In this document: positions 8,333-16,750 of the stretch, one piece after another
Layout of the letters: each line of letters opens with the position of its first letter
Numbering within the stretch: position 1 is the first letter of the stretch
Source: Gemmatimonadota bacterium
Lineage (GTDB): Bacteria > GCA-2686955
Length of the DNA: 32,246 nt
NCBI GenBank assembly: GCA_026991065.1
Contig: JALXCG010000886.1
Span: 1-32,246 of the forward strand
Direction of reading: 5' to 3'
Made by a program: the position numbers and the translations under genes
Notes under the pieces: model-generated
Seen by the model: the letters and a program-made list of their open reading frames with translations, nothing else
Told to the model about the DNA's origin: nothing
The model's database searches: none

Positions 8333-9829
8333 CTACTTCAGCAAAACCAATTTTCTCGTTTCGCGCTGATTCGCCGTGGTCATAACGGCGAGATAGAGGC
8401 CACTGGCGACAGGCCACCCATTCATCGCTTTTCCATCCCATGAGACGGAATGCTCCCCGGCCGGCATGCGTCCCGACGCAAGACTCATAACCTTATGACC
8501 TGAAAGGTCATAGATGTTCAAACTAACCTCTTCCGCACGTTCCAGCGTAAAGCGCAAAGTGGTCCGAGGATTGAACGGGTTGGGTGAGGGGGGCTGTAGA
8601 TGCGCGGTCGCCCCCACCCATGGCGTACCGCCACCGATGTCAGAGGCCAACTGGGTCTTGCATCCCACGGTGTTGACCAGCGCCGTGTCCCGGCCGGAAT
8701 GAAACAGGAGCAGTTCCTGTTCATCCAGTAGAGCGGCAGGCTCGTTCACATCACGCGCGTCCCACAGACCGCGCCCGCCGACCCCGAGAATCGGGTTGCC
8801 GCCGTTGGGACTCCATTCGATGCCGTCCGCGGACCGGGCAGCACCGATGCGCAGCGTGTCGCCGTCAGTCCCTCCGTACCACATCACCCATTCGTCGCCG
8901 TCGCGCAGAACGTCCACAGTGGTCGTTCCAAACGACTCCCACTCAGCCCCCCCCTCATAGACCGGCCCAGACGGAGAAGTGGTCCAAAAAATACCATCGT
9001 CCGAGATCGCTCGACCGATCTTCCATGGCTGCGCGCCTATCGGTCCGTCTATACGGCCATCCGCTCGCAATCCGACAAACCACATGATGTAGCTTCCAGC
9101 TTCGTATCGAACAGCTTTGTATGCAGCGAAATCGCTCCACGCGGTCTGCCCGCTGAACACCGGAATCGCCGGGTTTCGACTCCACGAGCGGCCACCGTCG
9201 GCAGTGGTCGCCCGACCGATGCGATAAACGGCGCCATCAAAGCCGGCATAGTAGAGCACAAGGCTACCGTTGGGGTCGAAGTGCACATGCGGAGCGGTGA
9301 CGCCGAGGGCATCGAAACTGCCCCCGCTCCCTTCGCGCAAAGCGGGTGTACAGGTGCGGTTCCAGCTTGCGCCCAAATCGATCGACCAGGCAAAACCGAT
9401 GCGCAGTGGTCCATCGGGAGTGCCATCGAAACCGCTGTACCAGACTTTGAGGGTGTCGCCGTCCCGTACCGCTGTGGGCGCGGCGACCTCCTGGGCATCG
9501 AAACAGCCGGAGTTGCCAAGGTCGAGAGCCGGATCGGGCGAGCAACGAGACCAGGGGTCACCCGCTGTGACGAGTGGCTCGCCACCACCCCTTGTGGCCC
9601 AGTAAAGCCCCGCCGGAACGGGATCGCCCTGATCATCCCGACCGTTCCACACGACAGCGTCCCGATCACCGTCGACTGCGAGTCGGGAAACCACCACACG
9701 GCCGGAAAGATCGTGTATCTGAACCCACGCACTCTTGCCGCCGGGAATAACCGAAGCGGGGGGATCCAGTGGGGGACGAACCAGTGGTACAGCTGCCAGA
9801 GCGGCAGCAAGAAGAGTTGTAGAACCCAT
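8333..9829 (-). CDS. Secreted five-bladed beta-propeller glycosidase-like protein (GH32/GH43/GH130-like fold) with FlgD-Ig/T9SS-like domains
   Basis: Five repeats of W...P.L..G...(F/W)D...V..P.V......WY.G.....IG.A.S.DG; C-terminal PNPFNPRTT...IYDLSG...WDG...SGLY...RKLVLLK; probable start MGSTTLLAAALAA at 9829. Confidence 0.75.
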   Translation of the reverse strand: MGSTTLLAAALAAVPLVRPPLDPPASVIPGGKSAWVQIHDLSGRVVVSRLAVDGDRDAVVWNGRDDQGDPVPAGLYWATRGGGEPLVTAGDPWSRCSPDPALDLGNSGCFDAQEVAAPTAVRDGDTLKVWYSGFDGTPDGPLRIGFAWSIDLGASWNRTCTPALREGSGGSFDALGVTAPHVHFDPNGSLVLYYAGFDGAVYRIGRATTADGGRSWSRNPAIPVFSGQTAWSDFAAYKAVRYEAGSYIMWFVGLRADGRIDGPIGAQPWKIGRAISDDGIFWTTSPSGPVYEGGAEWESFGTTTVDVLRDGDEWVMWYGGTDGDTLRIGAARSADGIEWSPNGGNPILGVGGRGLWDARDVNEPAALLDEQELLLFHSGRDTALVNTVGCKTQLASDIGGGTPWVGATAHLQPPSPNPFNPRTTLRFTLERAEEVSLNIYDLSGHKVMSLASGRMPAGEHSVSWDGKAMNGWPVASGLYLAVMTTANQRETRKLVLLK

Positions 9830-9847
9830 CGCGCAATCCAAGTTGAA

Positions 9848-9910
9848 GTTGCTGTTGGTGGAAGCACCCGGATGTGCGGAGAGGGGCCCGAGCACATCCG
9901 CCATAGCAAC
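9848..9910 (-). other. Intergenic stem-loop (possible terminator or processing site)
   Basis: Perfect 9-bp CGGATGTGC/GCACATCCG (9869-9877/9892-9900) nested in GTTGCTATGG/CCAACAGCAAC; no clear U tract. Confidence 0.45.
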
Positions 9911-9915
9911 CTACA

Positions 9916-10476
9916 TCAGCAGCCTCCTTGGCCGGTAAGGTCGACGATACGCACGATCTTGATTGCAGCGGGATCGGAAACGTCGAAACTGAAGATCGCG
10001 GGTCCGCAAGCTCGCTCCAGTCCATCCTGCCATTGCATTTCGATCTGCACAGTGTAGTTGATCTCGGCCCAGTCCGAGACAAGTGAACTCACGCAGTCGC
10101 CCTCTTCCCAACACACATCCTCTTGAGCATGCGCGACTGCGTCAAACCGGATGTCTACCAGGTCGGGAGAGTTGAATATCTGTTCCATCTGGGCGACATC
10201 TTCTTCTTTGGAGTAGAAATCAACCCCAACTTGATCGGCGTCGTCGGTATCAAGAAAGAACTGATAGTCGGGCGCCAAGCACTCCTCATACAGCCCAATA
10301 TCCTGTGATTCCTGCGCCAGATCGAAATTGAACATCGTGTTGCTGATGCTGTCGAAGGGGCGAGGGTCAAGCGTCGGCTCGGCAGGACCGGTCTCTTCGG
10401 CTGGATCGAGCACACATCCGCCCAGGGTCACGCCCAGGAAGAGGAGCAAGCTGGGGGAAAACGCATATTTTTTCAC
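9916..10476 (-). CDS. Hypothetical acidic lipoprotein (possible NTF2/SnoaL-like fold)
   Basis: GTG start with GAGGA RBS; MKK-hydrophobic-LGGC lipobox; YEECLAPDYQFF motif. Confidence 0.75.
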   Translation of the reverse strand: MKKYAFSPSLLLFLGVTLGGCVLDPAEETGPAEPTLDPRPFDSISNTMFNFDLAQESQDIGLYEECLAPDYQFFLDTDDADQVGVDFYSKEEDVAQMEQIFNSPDLVDIRFDAVAHAQEDVCWEEGDCVSSLVSDWAEINYTVQIEMQWQDGLERACGPAIFSFDVSDPAAIKIVRIVDLTGQGGC

Positions 10477-10494
10477 ACTGGTTCCTCATAGAAA

Positions 10495-10655
10495 GCCGGC
10501 ACTCGCTGCATCACGTGCACACCAGATCTACCCGGGCCGATATGGGAGTCTGTTGCGCAAGGCAATACGGGACAGACTCCCAGTCCAGATGTGCTGTCTT
10601 TCAGAATAATGCGGGGGCGAACCACCGCCCAGCACTTCATCGCAGCGAATGCGGC
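10495..10655 (-). promoter_or_regulatory. Candidate structured RNA leader upstream of the lipoprotein gene
   Basis: Closing stem GCATTCGCTGC/GCAGCGAGTGC, internal GTGCTG/CAGCAC and perfect 11-bp TGGGAGTCTGT/ACAGACTCCCA; no known family recognised. Confidence 0.35.
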
Positions 10656-10670
10656 ATGAGCCAATACTAG

Positions 10671-10704
10671 AAAGGGTGGATGCCCGACATGCGGACATCC
10701 ACCC
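10671..10704 (-). terminator. Probable intrinsic terminator after tRNA-Glu
   Basis: GGGTGGATGTCCG-CATGT-CGGGCATCCACCC hairpin followed by a short TTT tract, just past the tRNA CCA. Confidence 0.65.
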
Positions 10705-10709
10705 AAAAC

Positions 10710-10785
10710 TGGTAGCCCCTAGGGGAATCGAACCCCTGTTTGATGGCTGAGAACCACCCGTCCTAGGCCACTAGACGAAGGGGCC
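10710..10785 (-). tRNA. tRNA-Glu(CTC)
   Basis: GGCCCCT acceptor, anticodon arm GGTGG-TTCTCAG-CCATC, GTTCGATTC T-loop, encoded CCA. Confidence 0.96.
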
Positions 10786-10853
10786 ATTGAAACCACCAGT
10801 ATAGCCGATGACCCAACCAGTGCGCAAGCACATGCACACTGCTCAGGAGAAAA

Positions 10854-10927
10854 TGGCTGGGGAGCAGGGATTCGAACCCCGGCAACAGGAACCAGAATCC
10901 TGTGTCCTACCCCTAGACGACTCCCCA
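10854..10927 (-). tRNA. tRNA-Gln(CTG)
   Basis: TGGGGAG/CTCCCCA acceptor, CAGGA-TTCTGGT-TCCTG anticodon arm, GTTCGAATC, encoded CCA. Confidence 0.96.
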
Positions 10928-10963
10928 GCGGAGTATTTTGGCACGGTAGGACTGCCGGAAGGG

Positions 10964-10993
10964 AAATTAGCCGCGAGAGTGGTCCCGAGTCAA
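10964..10993 (-). promoter_or_regulatory. Probable sigma70 promoter for tRNA-Gln/tRNA-Glu
   Basis: TTGACT-N18-TAATTT between the upstream terminator and tRNA-Gln. Confidence 0.5.
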
Positions 10994-11031
10994 GCCCCTG
11001 GGTGGTTTTTCAGGCTGCCGTCTTCCTGAGG

Positions 11032-11069
11032 AAAAAAAACACCGCCCTCTGCTTTCTGAGAGGGCGGTG
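11032..11069 (-). terminator. Rho-independent terminator after tRNA-Ser(GCT)
   Basis: Perfect 11-bp stem CACCGCCCTCT/AGAGGGCGGTG followed by T8. Confidence 0.92.
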
Positions 11070-11073
11070 AATC

Positions 11074-11163
<90 letters not shown>

Positions 11164-11257
11164 GTGGCTCTATTCATCCATCCATGGTCTTCAATGCCGG
11201 AGCGCCCCGCCGCACCTCTTTTTCGGTTGCTCGCGGGAAATCGCACTGGCATACAAC

Positions 11258-11343
11258 TGGCGGAGGGCGAGGGACTCGAACCCCCAAGGGTTTTCACCCG
11301 GCGGTTTTCAAGACCGCTGCCTTACCAATTAGGCTAGCCCTCC
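11258..11343 (-). tRNA. tRNA-Ser(TGA)
   Basis: GGAGGGC acceptor, GCGGT-CTTGAAA-ACCGC anticodon arm, long variable arm, encoded CCA. Confidence 0.96.
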
Positions 11344-11481
11344 AGGCTACTTTTCAAGTCGCGAAGTAAGCAGTGTGCCGGACTGATCAGTCGATCGTCA
11401 AGTCTGGAGCGCGATTCTCTCTTCCTTTTCCGCTTTTGGAGCGCCCCACTCCCGGCGCAGCCGCCAACGCCATGACCTGAA

Positions 11482-12483
11482 TCAGTGAATCTCGTCGTTC
11501 CACTCCTCTCCCGCATCAAGGATCTCCGAGTCGTCGTCTTCCCACAGCGCGGAGCGTCTTGCGCCGCGGGCGCGTTTCAGGATCGCTCCAACAACCAAGA
11601 CAACACCCACGAGAGCCCACAACACACCACTCTCGCCAAGAACATCGATCAGATTAAAACGCGACCGCACCTCCCCCTTCCAAACCGCCGCGAACAGAGC
11701 CGGCGTAAGTCCCGTTCCTCGTTCCAGTGCGTCGGGAAAGGTTCTGCCCACCGCCAAATCGCTGAGAATCCAAGGCAGAGCCTGTGGACCATAGCGTTCT
11801 TCGATCCAGCGAATGGCATCGTAGCTTTCCGCATAAGCCAGTCTCGCAAGCGGTTCCGATGCCGGAAAAGAGTCGGCAAGAGCAGGGAGCGGCAAAAGGC
11901 GATCGAAGAGCGCAGCCCGGGAGAGCGCGAGATGCATGTCTGGCGAAGGAAGCTGGGAGCGGAACATCGCGTGCCCCTCGTCAAACCACCTCGGAATCGG
12001 CACTTGCAGCGATCCCAGGAGAACGTGAGCGAACTCGTGGCGGAGAACGCGATCAAGCTCTTCGGGTGTGCGTTCCCGAACATTCGAGTAGGCAATGATC
12101 ACCAAGCGCCGGCCGGGTAGCGCGGCACCTGTCCCCCATTCCGGCACAAGGCCACCGGTTACCCACTGAAAAACCTCCTCGTCGCCGGCAAAGACGACAT
12201 CCATCGCCCCTCCGGGATCAACACCCATTTCATTGCTCAAACTCAGCAAAACACTCTCTGCGCGCCGCTGTAGCCAAACAACAGGAAGTACTCGGTCGCG
12301 CGGAGTATAGACGGTCAGGTCGCCTTCGGTGTGGGCCGCGAATTGTTCCGCGAAATCGCTGCTTCCCGGGAGAACCGGCGGACCGGCAAAGGCAAGAGCG
12401 GTAAGAAGAAGTTGAACTCCCATGGCGGCCAGAAAATAGAGAAAGCGGCTGCTCCACGGGCCAGGCCGGTGTGGCCGGATCAC
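11482..12483 (-). CDS. Peptidase MA-like zinc metallopeptidase domain protein, membrane anchored
   Basis: HEFAH (HExxH), IPRWFDEG, LAYAES motifs; N-terminal hydrophobic segment and C-terminal TM. Start uncertain (GTG 12483 or ATG 12423). Confidence 0.8.
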   Translation of the reverse strand: MIRPHRPGPWSSRFLYFLAAMGVQLLLTALAFAGPPVLPGSSDFAEQFAAHTEGDLTVYTPRDRVLPVVWLQRRAESVLLSLSNEMGVDPGGAMDVVFAGDEEVFQWVTGGLVPEWGTGAALPGRRLVIIAYSNVRERTPEELDRVLRHEFAHVLLGSLQVPIPRWFDEGHAMFRSQLPSPDMHLALSRAALFDRLLPLPALADSFPASEPLARLAYAESYDAIRWIEERYGPQALPWILSDLAVGRTFPDALERGTGLTPALFAAVWKGEVRSRFNLIDVLGESGVLWALVGVVLVVGAILKRARGARRSALWEDDDSEILDAGEEWNDEIH

Positions 12484-12532
12484 GGGCGAAGGTCCAGTAG
12501 CGGAAATCACAAGAACAGCCAATTCCGCCGCC

Positions 12533-13627
12533 TCAGCGGCAACGCTCGGTTCGCTCGATAATTCCACCAAGAAGGACCTCCCGGTCGGCGGCATCGTAGA
12601 GCACCGCGCTCTGCCCGGGAGCCACCCCTTCAACGGGAGTCTCTGTTTCAACCCGAATGGCCCCGCCCGATTCCCTGATCAGCGTTGCGGGCCATGGTTC
12701 TTGGTGGGCCCGAACCTGCAGGTGCAGGCCGGGAATTCTCTCGGCCAAGGGCAAGGCAGCCAGTTGATTCACGTCGGTCAGCCAACAGGAATCGATTTTC
12801 AAACCCTCCCGGTAGTCGACCTCCACCGCACGCGATTCGGCATCGATCGCCTTTACATAGAGCGGTCTCTTTGCCGCGACGCCGATGCCTTTCCGCTGAC
12901 CAACCGTAAAGCAGGCGATCCCGCGGTGGGTTCCGATCTGCTCTCCTTCCGGCCCCAGGATCGGCCCGGGGCGCAAGGCATCGGGTCGTCGCCGACCCAC
13001 AAAAGCTGCATGTTTCCCGGGCGGCACAAAGCAGATCTCCTGACTCTCCGCCTTTTCAGCCGTGGCCAACCCCAACTTTTGGGCCCGCTGGCGCACCTCT
13101 GACTTGGTCATGTGACCGATCGGGAAAACCACTCGCTGGAGCAACTCGTGGGAGAGCCCCCAGAGAACATAGGACTGATCCTTGGCCCGATCGACGCCTC
13201 TCACCAGCCGGCGCTCCGCGCCCGCCCCTTCGACACGGGCATGGTGACCGCTGGCGATCGCCTCAACACCAAGAGCCTGAAAACGTTCAAGCAGCGCAGG
13301 GAATTTCACATGGGTATTGCAGCGAATGCAGGGATTGGGTGTTCGCCCGCGAGCGTACTGTTCAACAAAATCCTCGATCACCCGCTCCCGAAACAGCTCC
13401 TCCACATCCACCACATGGTGGGCAACGTCAAAAGCCTGAGCCACTGCTCGAGCATCCGCGATCCCCTCAAGCCCGCAGCAGGAGCGTTCTCCCGCCGGCT
13501 CATCGCCATAACAAAACGTGCGCATGGTTACAGCGATCACGCGGTGCCCGCGGGACACCAGTTCCGCCAGAGCCACCGAACTATCTACGCCGCCGCTGAG
13601 CGCCAGTAGGATCGTGCCGGCAGTCAC
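12533..13627 (-). CDS. mnmA: tRNA 2-thiouridine(34) synthase MnmA
   Basis: SGGVDS PP-loop, TPNPCIRCN, KDQSY, ESQEICF, TVGQRKG, PGQSAVLY. Confidence 0.97.
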   Translation of the reverse strand: MTAGTILLALSGGVDSSVALAELVSRGHRVIAVTMRTFCYGDEPAGERSCCGLEGIADARAVAQAFDVAHHVVDVEELFRERVIEDFVEQYARGRTPNPCIRCNTHVKFPALLERFQALGVEAIASGHHARVEGAGAERRLVRGVDRAKDQSYVLWGLSHELLQRVVFPIGHMTKSEVRQRAQKLGLATAEKAESQEICFVPPGKHAAFVGRRRPDALRPGPILGPEGEQIGTHRGIACFTVGQRKGIGVAAKRPLYVKAIDAESRAVEVDYREGLKIDSCWLTDVNQLAALPLAERIPGLHLQVRAHQEPWPATLIRESGGAIRVETETPVEGVAPGQSAVLYDAADREVLLGGIIERTERCR

Positions 13628-14781
13628 CGCGCGGCTGCCAAAAGCCGCAGATCGTCGATTGCGGATACCATGCGATCCAGAACATAGTCCACGTCTGTTT
13701 CCCCATTGGAACGCCCCCAGGCCAGGCGCACCGTGTGGTGAGCTTCATCCGCAGAGAGCCCCATGGCGGTCAAAACGTGCGAAGGAGCCATTGCACCGGT
13801 GGTGCAGGCGCTGCCCGCGGAGATCGCAATGCCCTCCATATCGAGCATAAGAAGTAGTGCTTCCGCCTCGACATCCCGGATGGTCAGACTGGACGTATTG
13901 GGGACCCGCCCCTCTTGCGGCCCATTCACCCGCACACCATCGACTCTCCGCAGAAGCTCTCTCTCGAAACCATCGCGCAATGACTTGAGGCGCAAACACT
14001 CCTCGTCCAGGTTCGCTTTTGCGAGCTGCGCAGCGGCGCCAAATCCAACAATGCCGGCCGTATTCTCGGTTCCTGGGCGAAGGCCGCGTTCCTGGTTGCC
14101 CCCGTGATGCAGCGGATTGAGCTTCAATCCTGGGCGCAGATAGAGCGCCCCCACTCCTTTCGGACCGCCGATTTTGTGCGCGGAGATGCTCAACAGGTCA
14201 ACCCCGAGTTGCTCCACATCGATGGGGTGCTTACCCGCCGCCTGAACCGCGTCCGTGTGCATCAGAATCTGCCGGCGCCGACATGCGGCGGCAATCTGCG
14301 CGACGGGCTGCAAAGCCCCCGTCTCATTGTTCGCCAGCATGACGGATACCAGTCCCGTGTCCGGCTCCAGAGCATCGACAATGGCTTCTGCCGAAACCAC
14401 GCCATCGGCTCCTACCGGCACCACGGACAGCCGCACCAGCCCTTCGTGCTCCAGCGCTTTGGCCCCCTCCAGCACCGCGTGGTGTTCAATCGCGGTGGTG
14501 ACGATGTGCGTGCCCGGGCGCAGTGCTGCAACCCCCCGCAGCGCCAAATTGTCAGCTTCGGTGCCACCGGAGGTAAAAAGCACGGTTGAGGGTCGAGCGC
14601 CGATGAGGGTCGCCACGTTCCGTCGCGCCTCATCCACCAGAACACGCACCCTGCGCCCCCAGCCGTGCGCGGAAGATGGGTTGCCAAAGTGCTCGGTCAA
14701 AAGCGGCATCATCGCCTGCAGTACCTCCGGCAGAAGCGGAGTCGTGGCGTTGTTATCCAGATAGACTTGGCGCTCGATCAA
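13624..14781 (-). CDS. iscS: Cysteine desulfurase (IscS/NifS group I)
   Basis: YLDNNATT, GNPSS, TSGGTEADN, HTDAVQ, SAHKIGGPKG (PLP Lys), SAGSACT (catalytic Cys); stop overlaps mnmA start. Confidence 0.93.
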   Translation of the reverse strand: MIERQVYLDNNATTPLLPEVLQAMMPLLTEHFGNPSSAHGWGRRVRVLVDEARRNVATLIGARPSTVLFTSGGTEADNLALRGVAALRPGTHIVTTAIEHHAVLEGAKALEHEGLVRLSVVPVGADGVVSAEAIVDALEPDTGLVSVMLANNETGALQPVAQIAAACRRRQILMHTDAVQAAGKHPIDVEQLGVDLLSISAHKIGGPKGVGALYLRPGLKLNPLHHGGNQERGLRPGTENTAGIVGFGAAAQLAKANLDEECLRLKSLRDGFERELLRRVDGVRVNGPQEGRVPNTSSLTIRDVEAEALLLMLDMEGIAISAGSACTTGAMAPSHVLTAMGLSADEAHHTVRLAWGRSNGETDVDYVLDRMVSAIDDLRLLAAAR

Positions 14782-15423
14782 TCAATCCTCAACTTCCACA
14801 TCCAGCACTTCCAGGATGGTCTCTGGGGGCTCCTCGGTCCAGGAGGTCACCAACTCCTGAAGCTGCCTCCAGACCTCACCGATCCCCTCCTTGGTCACGA
14901 CAGAAACCGGCACGACCGATTCGTGAGAGGGCAGCCCCAGGTCCCTTGCGATCACCTGCAGCGCAGCCCGTCGACGCGAACGCTTGACCTTGTCAATCTT
15001 GGTGGCGAGCACCAAGAATGGCAGGTCCATGTCGGCGAAAAGGGAACGCATCCGGTGGTCCGCCGGCTGCGGCTCATGCCGGCTGTCCACCAAGTGAATG
15101 ATGCCGGCCAGATTGCTTCGTGACCTGAAGTAATCCGCCACGAGGCGTGCCCAGCGTGCACGCTCATTGCCCCCGGTGCGAGCAAAACCATAGCCAGGAA
15201 GATCCGCCAAGTGAAACCGATGGTCTACGCGAAAGATGTTCACGGTAGAAGTCTTCCCCGGCTTCTTGGAAACACGGGCGATGTTCTTGCGCTGGAGCAA
15301 GGCGTTGATCAAACTGGACTTACCCACGTTCGAGCGCCCCACAAAAGCGATCTCGGGCAGAAGCGGCGGCGGATAGCGGTCTCCCGCGCGCCCGACAGTG
15401 GCGAGCAATTCGACTTCACGCAT
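14782..15423 (-). CDS. engB: Ribosome biogenesis GTPase YihA/EngB/YsxC
   Basis: GRSNVGKSSLIN, PGKT, DLPGYG, TKIDK motifs. Confidence 0.95.
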   Translation of the reverse strand: MREVELLATVGRAGDRYPPPLLPEIAFVGRSNVGKSSLINALLQRKNIARVSKKPGKTSTVNIFRVDHRFHLADLPGYGFARTGGNERARWARLVADYFRSRSNLAGIIHLVDSRHEPQPADHRMRSLFADMDLPFLVLATKIDKVKRSRRRAALQVIARDLGLPSHESVVPVSVVTKEGIGEVWRQLQELVTSWTEEPPETILEVLDVEVED

Positions 15424-15453
15424 AACAACGCCAATTGCTCACCGCTTGCCGCC

Positions 15454-16728
15454 CTACGCCTGCCGGCGCGACTGCCGGTCACGAACCGTGAAAATCGGGT
15501 CGGCCTTCTTCTCGATCACATCCTTGGAAATCAGCACCTCCGCAACATCATCACGAGCGGGAATATCGTACATGATGTCGAGCATGATGTTCTCCATCAC
15601 TGACCGCAAGCCGCGCGCACCGGTCTCTTTCTTGCGGGCGATGTCGACCACTGCTTCAAGAGCTTCTGGAGAGAACTTCAGTTTGACATCTTCGAACTCG
15701 AAAAGTTGCTGATATTGCCGGGTCAGAGCATTCTTCGGCTCGGTCAGAATGCGCAGCATCGCGGATCGATCCAGCGGATAGAGCACGGTGTGAACGGGTA
15801 GGCGCCCCACCAATTCCGGAATCAGCCCGAAGCGCAGCAGGTCATCCGGCTCCAACTCTTCCAGCATGACGGAACGATCGATCTTGTCCCGCGGAGTATC
15901 AGACCTGGAACTCGGGCCCGCTCCAGAAAAACCAATCGTTCGCTTGCCCACTCTGCGCTCGATAATCTCTTCGATCCGGTCGAACGCACCTCCGCAGATG
16001 AACAGGATGTTCTTGGTGTTGATCTGGATGTACTCCTGCTGCGGGTGCTTGCGGCCCCCCTGCGGAGGGACATTCGCAGAAGTACCTTCGAGCAGTTTGA
16101 GGAGCGCTTGCTGCACACCCTCGCCGGACACATCGCGAGTAATCGACGGATTGTCGGACTTGCGGGCAACCTTGTCGATCTCGTCAATGTAGACGATGCC
16201 AACTTCGGCCTGTGAAACGTTGTAATTGGCGGACTGCAGCAAACGCACCAGGATGTTTTCAACATCCTCTCCGACATAGCCCGCCTCGGTCAGCGTGGTG
16301 GCATCAACGATCGCAAAAGGTACCTTGAGTGTACGGGCGAGCGTTTCGGCGAGCAGGGTCTTTCCCGTGCCGGTGGAGCCAACCAGCAGGATGTTGGCCT
16401 TCTCCAACTCGACCCCACCCTTGAGCGCCTTGCTCGGCATGATCCGCTTGTAGTGATTGTAAACGGCAACGGCGAGGGCGCGTTTCGCCCGCTCCTGGCC
16501 AATCACATACTCATCCAACGCGGCCTTGATCTCGTGCGGCTTGGGCAGTCCCTCCGGACGAATTCTGCTTTCATAGTTCATATCCTCCGCAAGAATCTCG
16601 TTGCAGAGCTGTATGCACTCGTTGCAGATATAGACCGAAGGACCGGAAACAAGCTTGTCAACGGAGTCCTGACCCCGGCTGCAGAATGAACAGCGCAGGT
16701 TCCCCTGCCCTCCGGTGTTGCGACTCAT
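15454..16728 (-). CDS. clpX: ATP-dependent Clp protease ATP-binding subunit ClpX
   Basis: CSFC...CNEC zinc finger, GSTGTGKT Walker [12 protein letters not shown] loop, IGF loop, GARGLR. Confidence 0.99.
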   Translation of the reverse strand: MSRNTGGQGNLRCSFCSRGQDSVDKLVSGPSVYICNECIQLCNEILAEDMNYESRIRPEGLPKPHEIKAALDEYVIGQERAKRALAVAVYNHYKRIMPSKALKGGVELEKANILLVGSTGTGKTLLAETLARTLKVPFAIVDATTLTEAGYVGEDVENILVRLLQSANYNVSQAEVGIVYIDEIDKVARKSDNPSITRDVSGEGVQQALLKLLEGTSANVPPQGGRKHPQQEYIQINTKNILFICGGAFDRIEEIIERRVGKRTIGFSGAGPSSRSDTPRDKIDRSVMLEELEPDDLLRFGLIPELVGRLPVHTVLYPLDRSAMLRILTEPKNALTRQYQQLFEFEDVKLKFSPEALEAVVDIARKKETGARGLRSVMENIMLDIMYDIPARDDVAEVLISKDVIEKKADPIFTVRDRQSRRQA

Positions 16729-16750
16729 GACTGGACCACCTTATCCGCGG

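Noticed and set aside
9049..9921. Selenocysteine read-through: lipoprotein ends Gly-Gly-Cys-TGA-Cys with a hairpin just downstream and a 286-codon ORF in frame
   Set aside because: Read-through would add a non-protein-like alternative frame overlapping the well-supported propeller gene; the hairpin does not clearly fit a bacterial SECIS.
8333..10709. Genomic island integrated at tRNA-Glu 3' end
   Set aside because: No integrase and no duplicated tRNA 3' end seen near 8205-8330; only two accessory genes.
11258..11343. tRNA with TGA in anticodon loop as tRNA-Sec or opal suppressor
   Set aside because: Anticodon TGA reads UCA (Ser); Sec/suppressor would need anticodon TCA; acceptor stem is a normal 7 bp.
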